Below the pieces are notes generated by a model. It saw only the letters and a program-made list of their open reading frames with translations, did not search any database and was not told the origin of the DNA. This document shows, piece by piece, positions 28,207 through 32,000 of a stretch of DNA of 32,000 bases. Position 1 is the first letter of the stretch; each line of letters begins with the position of its first letter. Source of the stretch: Wolbachia endosymbiont of Onchocerca ochengi (GTDB lineage Bacteria; Pseudomonadota; Alphaproteobacteria; Rickettsiales; Anaplasmataceae). A program made the position numbers and the translations under genes. The stretch covers positions 450,001 through 482,000 of the forward strand of contig NC_018267.1 of NCBI RefSeq assembly GCF_000306885.1, read 5' to 3'.

Positions 28207-28678
28207 ATACAGATAATGAACAATAAAAAGCTTCTACAAAAACACAGGCTAAAATTGCAGCTATAATATCATCCAGCATAATGCCTAAGGGACACTTGAT
28301 ATTTTTATCAATCAGATTTATAGGCCATGTTTTTATTATATCAAAAAACCTGAAAGAAAAAAAGCATAACATCAATAAAAGGCTATTAATTTCTTGGTTT
28401 AGCGGCACCGAAATTAAAAATATTGTCAATAGTTGGCCAACTACTTCATCAATCACTATCTCTTTTGGGTCGTGTAGAGTTTGGTAGTGTTTTGTGTAGT
28501 TACTTATGGACCATAATCCAATTAAGAACAGAGAAATAATAGTTACTGTACCTAAAATTCTGTTACTTAGTACTATAGGAACAATTGGATAAGAAGCTAA
28601 GCTGCCTACAGTACCTGGCATTTTTTTTACTGTGCCAGATAACCACCATGTTGATATCAATTTATGAAAAATTTTCAT
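28196..28678 (-). CDS. pgpA: phosphatidylglycerophosphatase A
   Basis: PgpA motifs PGTVGSLASYP and DKNIKCPLGIMLDDIIA; polytopic hydrophobic profile. ATG at 28678 preferred; the ORF is open to TTG 28693. Confidence 0.85.
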   Translation of the reverse strand: MKIFHKLISTWWLSGTVKKMPGTVGSLASYPIVPIVLSNRILGTVTIISLFLIGLWSISNYTKHYQTLHDPKEIVIDEVVGQLLTIFLISVPLNQEINSLLLMLCFFSFRFFDIIKTWPINLIDKNIKCPLGIMLDDIIAAILACVFVEAFYCSLSVYAG

Positions 28679-28697
28679 AATACACCAAAGCAAAAGA

Positions 28698-29681
28698 TTA
28701 ACTTAGAAAAACAGAAACAGTATTCTCTATAGGAGCATTTTCATATAATAGTCTATAAACAGCTTCACATATAGACATTTTTATCTTTAGCTTTTTTGCT
28801 AAATAAAATACAGATTGAGCAGTACTAAGACCTTCAATCACTGATTTACCTTCTAATAAAATTTGCTGGATATTAAAACTATTATTGCTACTACCTATTT
28901 TGAATCCAAAGAATAGATTTCTTGAATTTAAGGATGTGCATGTCATAATTAGATCACCTAAACATGCTGGTCCAAGTAATGTATCTGTGTCTATATTACT
29001 ATTATTGATTTTTGCTAGATAAACAGTTTGAATTTCATTCATACTTTTTGCTATTAATGCTGCATGAGCATTGTATCCAAGTTTCTTACCCAAAATGATC
29101 CCACATGCTATAGCAAAAACATTCTTTAATGCTGCACAAATCTGTACTCCTATAACATCACTACTAAAATATAATTTAATATTTTCTTGTTGTAGCTCTA
29201 ACATCAGCCTTGACCCTAGTGTATCATTTTGACACGCAAGAACCATTGAATAGGGTAATTTTTTTGCGACTTCTATAGCAAAGCTAGGGCCTGAAAAAAT
29301 AGCAACAGGATTATTAGGTAGAACTTCATTTACTATTTCACTCGGTAGTTTTAATGTAGATCTTTCTATTCCTTTACAGGCTAAAATTATTGCTACGTCT
29401 TTCTTTAATCCACAATTACGTAATTGCTGACATACCTGTCTTAAAGACTGGACGGGAACAGCAAGGATTATTGTTGAAGCATTAATTGTTTCTTCAATGG
29501 CTGACTTTACTAACACATTGCCAGAAATTTGATAACCAGGTAACTTGTCACTTTCTCTTGTTCTATTGATTAATTCGAATGTAGTTCTATTACGGACCCA
29601 CAGAACTACATTCTGCCTATCACTCAGTGAAATTGCAATTGCTGTACCCCATGCACCAGCACCTAAAATCGATATTGTCAC
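28698..29681 (-). CDS. gpsA: NAD(P)H-dependent glycerol-3-phosphate dehydrogenase
   Basis: Rossmann N-terminus ISILGAGAWGTAIA, ..ACKGIE.., GPSFA.EVA, ..LKNV.AIA.GI..G...G.N; 327 aa. Confidence 0.93.
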   Translation of the reverse strand: MTISILGAGAWGTAIAISLSDRQNVVLWVRNRTTFELINRTRESDKLPGYQISGNVLVKSAIEETINASTIILAVPVQSLRQVCQQLRNCGLKKDVAIILACKGIERSTLKLPSEIVNEVLPNNPVAIFSGPSFAIEVAKKLPYSMVLACQNDTLGSRLMLELQQENIKLYFSSDVIGVQICAALKNVFAIACGIILGKKLGYNAHAALIAKSMNEIQTVYLAKINNSNIDTDTLLGPACLGDLIMTCTSLNSRNLFFGFKIGSSNNSFNIQQILLEGKSVIEGLSTAQSVFYLAKKLKIKMSICEAVYRLLYENAPIENTVSVFLS

Positions 29682-29762
29682 ACAATGCCCCTGAAAATTA
29701 TTATTCTACTCTAAGATGGCATAGTAGGTAAATTAAAAATATGACATAGATATATAGAATAG

Positions 29763-29778
29763 TTAAATATTTATTAAC
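29763..29778. promoter_or_regulatory. candidate CtrA-binding site (TTAA-N7-TTAAC)
   Basis: ttaa (29763-29766) + atattta + ttaac (29774-29778) is an exact match to the Caulobacter-type CtrA consensus. It lies in the gpsA/ctrA divergent intergenic region, 82 nt from the gpsA start codon and about 225 nt upstream of the ctrA ATG. Confidence 0.4.
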
Positions 29779-30002
29779 TTAAGTACTCTTTCAATGATAA
29801 TGGTTTTAATTCAATATTTACTGAAAATAATATTGTTCTTATGATATATAATATATCTATTATATTTTAGATCTGTTTATATAATTTTGGAATGGTATGT
29901 CCATTATAGTAGTTTTGACCATTTATTAATAAAAGTTTGATTTGTTACTTTCCTTAGTTATATATATTGCTAAAATTATAGATTACTTACGGGGTATAAA
30001 AT

Positions 30003-30755
30003 ATGCGTATATTATTAATTGAAGATGATCAAGTAAGTGCAAAGACTGTAGTTAATGCTTTAACTTCTGATGGACACTTTTGTGATGTTGTAACTTCTGC
30101 GCAAGACTACAACAATAATATAGTTTCCTCGAATGGGGATCATTATGACCTAGTTATTTTAGATATACACTTGCCCGGTGATATTGATGGATATGATATA
30201 TTGTTAAGGTTAAGAAGTGCAAAAATTAAAGTTCCTGTCTTGATACTTTCATGTATATCTGCTGTTAATCAAAAAGCTAAAGGACTAGGATATGGTGCTG
30301 ATGATTACTTAACTAAGCCATTCCACAAAAGTGAGCTGCTAGCTCGAATAAAGGCAATAGTCCGTCGTACTAAAGGACATCCTGAATCGGTGATAAAGAT
30401 TGGTAACATAAATATTAATTTTGATCATAGAGTTGTTGAGGTGAAAGGTAAGACGGTTCACCTGACTAACAAAGAATATTCTATGATAGAGTTACTAGCG
30501 TTGCGTAAAGGCACTGTACTAACAAAAGAAATGTTTTTAAATCATCTTTATAATGGTTTAGATGAGCCTTCAGATAATAAGATAGTTGATGTTTTTATGT
30601 GCAAGTTACGTAAGAAACTTGAAAGTGCGAATGATGGAAAAAGCCATATAGAAACTGTTTGGGGCAGAGGATATGTCCTAAAAGAATATCTTGATGATGA
30701 AGAATATACTAATATTAGTAGTAGGGAAAATAGTAATGGCTATCAAGCAGAATAA
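30003..30755 (+). CDS. ctrA: cell-cycle response regulator CtrA (OmpR family)
   Basis: MRILLIEDD, receiver DLVILDIHLPG, ..DDYLTKPF, winged-helix end ETVWGRGYVL; 250 aa with an alphaproteobacterial CtrA-like layout. Confidence 0.9.
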   Translation: MRILLIEDDQVSAKTVVNALTSDGHFCDVVTSAQDYNNNIVSSNGDHYDLVILDIHLPGDIDGYDILLRLRSAKIKVPVLILSCISAVNQKAKGLGYGADDYLTKPFHKSELLARIKAIVRRTKGHPESVIKIGNININFDHRVVEVKGKTVHLTNKEYSMIELLALRKGTVLTKEMFLNHLYNGLDEPSDNKIVDVFMCKLRKKLESANDGKSHIETVWGRGYVLKEYLDDEEYTNISSRENSNGYQAE

Positions 30756-30820
30756 ATAAAGGACAACATATAAAATGCTTATTATTTAGGCTATCTTACT
30801 GATACTTATGTAAGTGCCTA

Positions 30821-31159
30821 GGTGAAATATAAGCCGAGTTCTGTTTATGTAGCTATTTATCTGGAGTAAATGTTACCATTTACTGCATGCGATTTACCCG
30901 AGTAGACATGAGGAAAAGCATAAAACCTACTCTTATTTAATCTTGCTCCTAGTGTTGGTTACTCAACTACCAATGTTGCCATTGGTATGGTATGCTCTTA
31001 CCACACCTTTTCATCCTTACCTAAAAATCTTAGGCGGTAATTTTCTGTAGCCCTGAACTGAAGTCACCTCCGGCGGGTATTACCCGTCACTATTTTTCCT
31101 TGGAGCCCGGACTTTCCTCTGCTGTATTTATCATACAACAGCAGCTACTTATTTCACCC
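30821..31159 (-). ncRNA. rnpB: RNase P RNA, bacterial type A
   Basis: The reverse complement contains the universally conserved GAGGAAAGTCCGGGCTCC, ACAGAAAATTACCGCC, GGTAAGGATGAAAAGGTGTGGTAAGAGCATACC and ACAGAACTCGGCTTAT. The 5' GGTGAAATAAG.. pairs with the 3' ..CTTATATTTCACC (P1). Confidence 0.92.
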
Positions 31160-32000
31160 AGAAATTAGATTTTAACATAAAAATCATAGAATTAAAATAA
31201 TTTCCATTATTGGTCAATGATCTGCATATCAAACATTAAACTACAACTAGAGATAATACTCTGATATACATTGTGCATTGCTATTCTAAGATAATCCACT
31301 ATCTCTTAAACTTTGAACTTCTTAATCTCTATTTAAGGTGATAGTATAGGCTACTTGATCTGCTACCGTTTTTTACTAATATGCTATATCTAATTCTGTT
31401 TTAGAAAAGGTTACACTATTATTTCTGCTTCACTAGGTGCATTAGGGTATGGTAAGTTAATTAAGTTACGGAGAAGAGGTAGTTTGAGGGAATAAAGCCG
31501 TGGTAAACAAATGCAGGAGTTGTTAACTTTTTATTTTAGTACTTGGGCGTAGTAAATATTTGTTTGTGTGGTCTTTTCTAGGTTTGCTGTTGGTGAATTA
31601 GTTAACTTTATAGTAACCACTTAATTATCTATTAAGTAGGAGTTGTTTTATCAGCGTCTGCAGTAGCTGTGGTAGATTTGAAGTAGCATTTGCTTACTAG
31701 TTTTTACTATCATGCGTACTATGCTTGTTAATAATTTTATTAATTTTTGTTGTATCAGTGGTTAGTACCTTTTTAAAGAGTTTAATTTTGATCTATTTTT
31801 AACAAAACTTATTAAATGTAATTTTCCTTAAATAATGAAACTATGCGATCCAAGAGTTTTAGTCTATCACTTGGAGAATTGAGAAAAATATAATACATTT
31901 GTGAAATCAGCCATATTATATTGGGTCTTCTATAAAGAAATGAATAGCTTGATTATATTTTTCCATTAATTTATATTAATTTCTTATTAAAATTCTTTGC

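Noticed and set aside
31428-31490. Possible HATPase G2-box remnant (LGALGYGKLIKLRRRGSL), which would be the missing kinase half of the PAS protein
   Set aside because: It does not actually fit the G.GLGL...K....HGG pattern when aligned residue by residue, and no flanking kinase motifs are present.
1-32000. Scan for CRISPR arrays, tRNA/tmRNA/rRNA/4.5S RNA, IS elements, prophage or cif-like genes, and tandem repeats
   Set aside because: I saw no regularly spaced direct repeats, no GTTCGA/GTTCAA T-loop context outside CDS, no rRNA or SRP signature strings, no transposase- or phage-like ORFs, and no ankyrin repeats. Only rnpB was found as a structured RNA gene.

Overview
Very AT-rich 32-kb chromosomal segment of an Anaplasmataceae-type alphaproteobacterium. 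FtsZ, CtrA, the type-2 IleRS and the overall gene content look like Wolbachia to me; this rests on my recollection of Wolbachia FtsZ, not on a search. The amount of gene decay suggests a strongly reduced, host-restricted lineage (inference). I call 19 intact CDS: pyrC (3' part), gltX, miaB, ileS, a 911-aa orphan, alaS, prfA, engB, an argB-like gene, dut, a 210-aa membrane orphan, ftsZ, ybeY, sdhB, a PAS-only protein, a GNAT, pgpA, gpsA and ctrA. RNase P RNA (rnpB) lies on the minus strand at 30821-31159. The window is a mosaic. Tightly packed housekeeping genes include two convergent pairs, one with a 12-bp overlap and one with a 3-bp gap. Between them lie ORF-free tracts of about 3.5 kb, 2.7 kb and 0.7 kb. 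By reading frame fragments I interpret these as eroded pseudogenes: an RND/AcrB-type efflux pump (13633-16400), ComM/YifB (21328-22545) and a RibD remnant (about 1975-2340). The observations I rate most worth a second look are listed here. (1) In-frame palindromic insertions in ileS and alaS share attccag/ctggaat cores. (2) A 911-aa membrane-anchored coiled-coil orphan stays intact amid the decay. (3) The ArgB-like protein has altered catalytic glycine motifs. (4) A three-PAS sensor protein lacks any kinase core. (5) A perfect consensus sigma70 promoter sits about 200 nt upstream of miaB. (6) A perfect TTAA-N7-TTAAC CtrA box lies in the gpsA/ctrA divergent region. I saw no CRISPR array, tRNA, rRNA, IS element or prophage. 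I cannot honestly point to a clear novel multi-gene system; the items above are candidates only.
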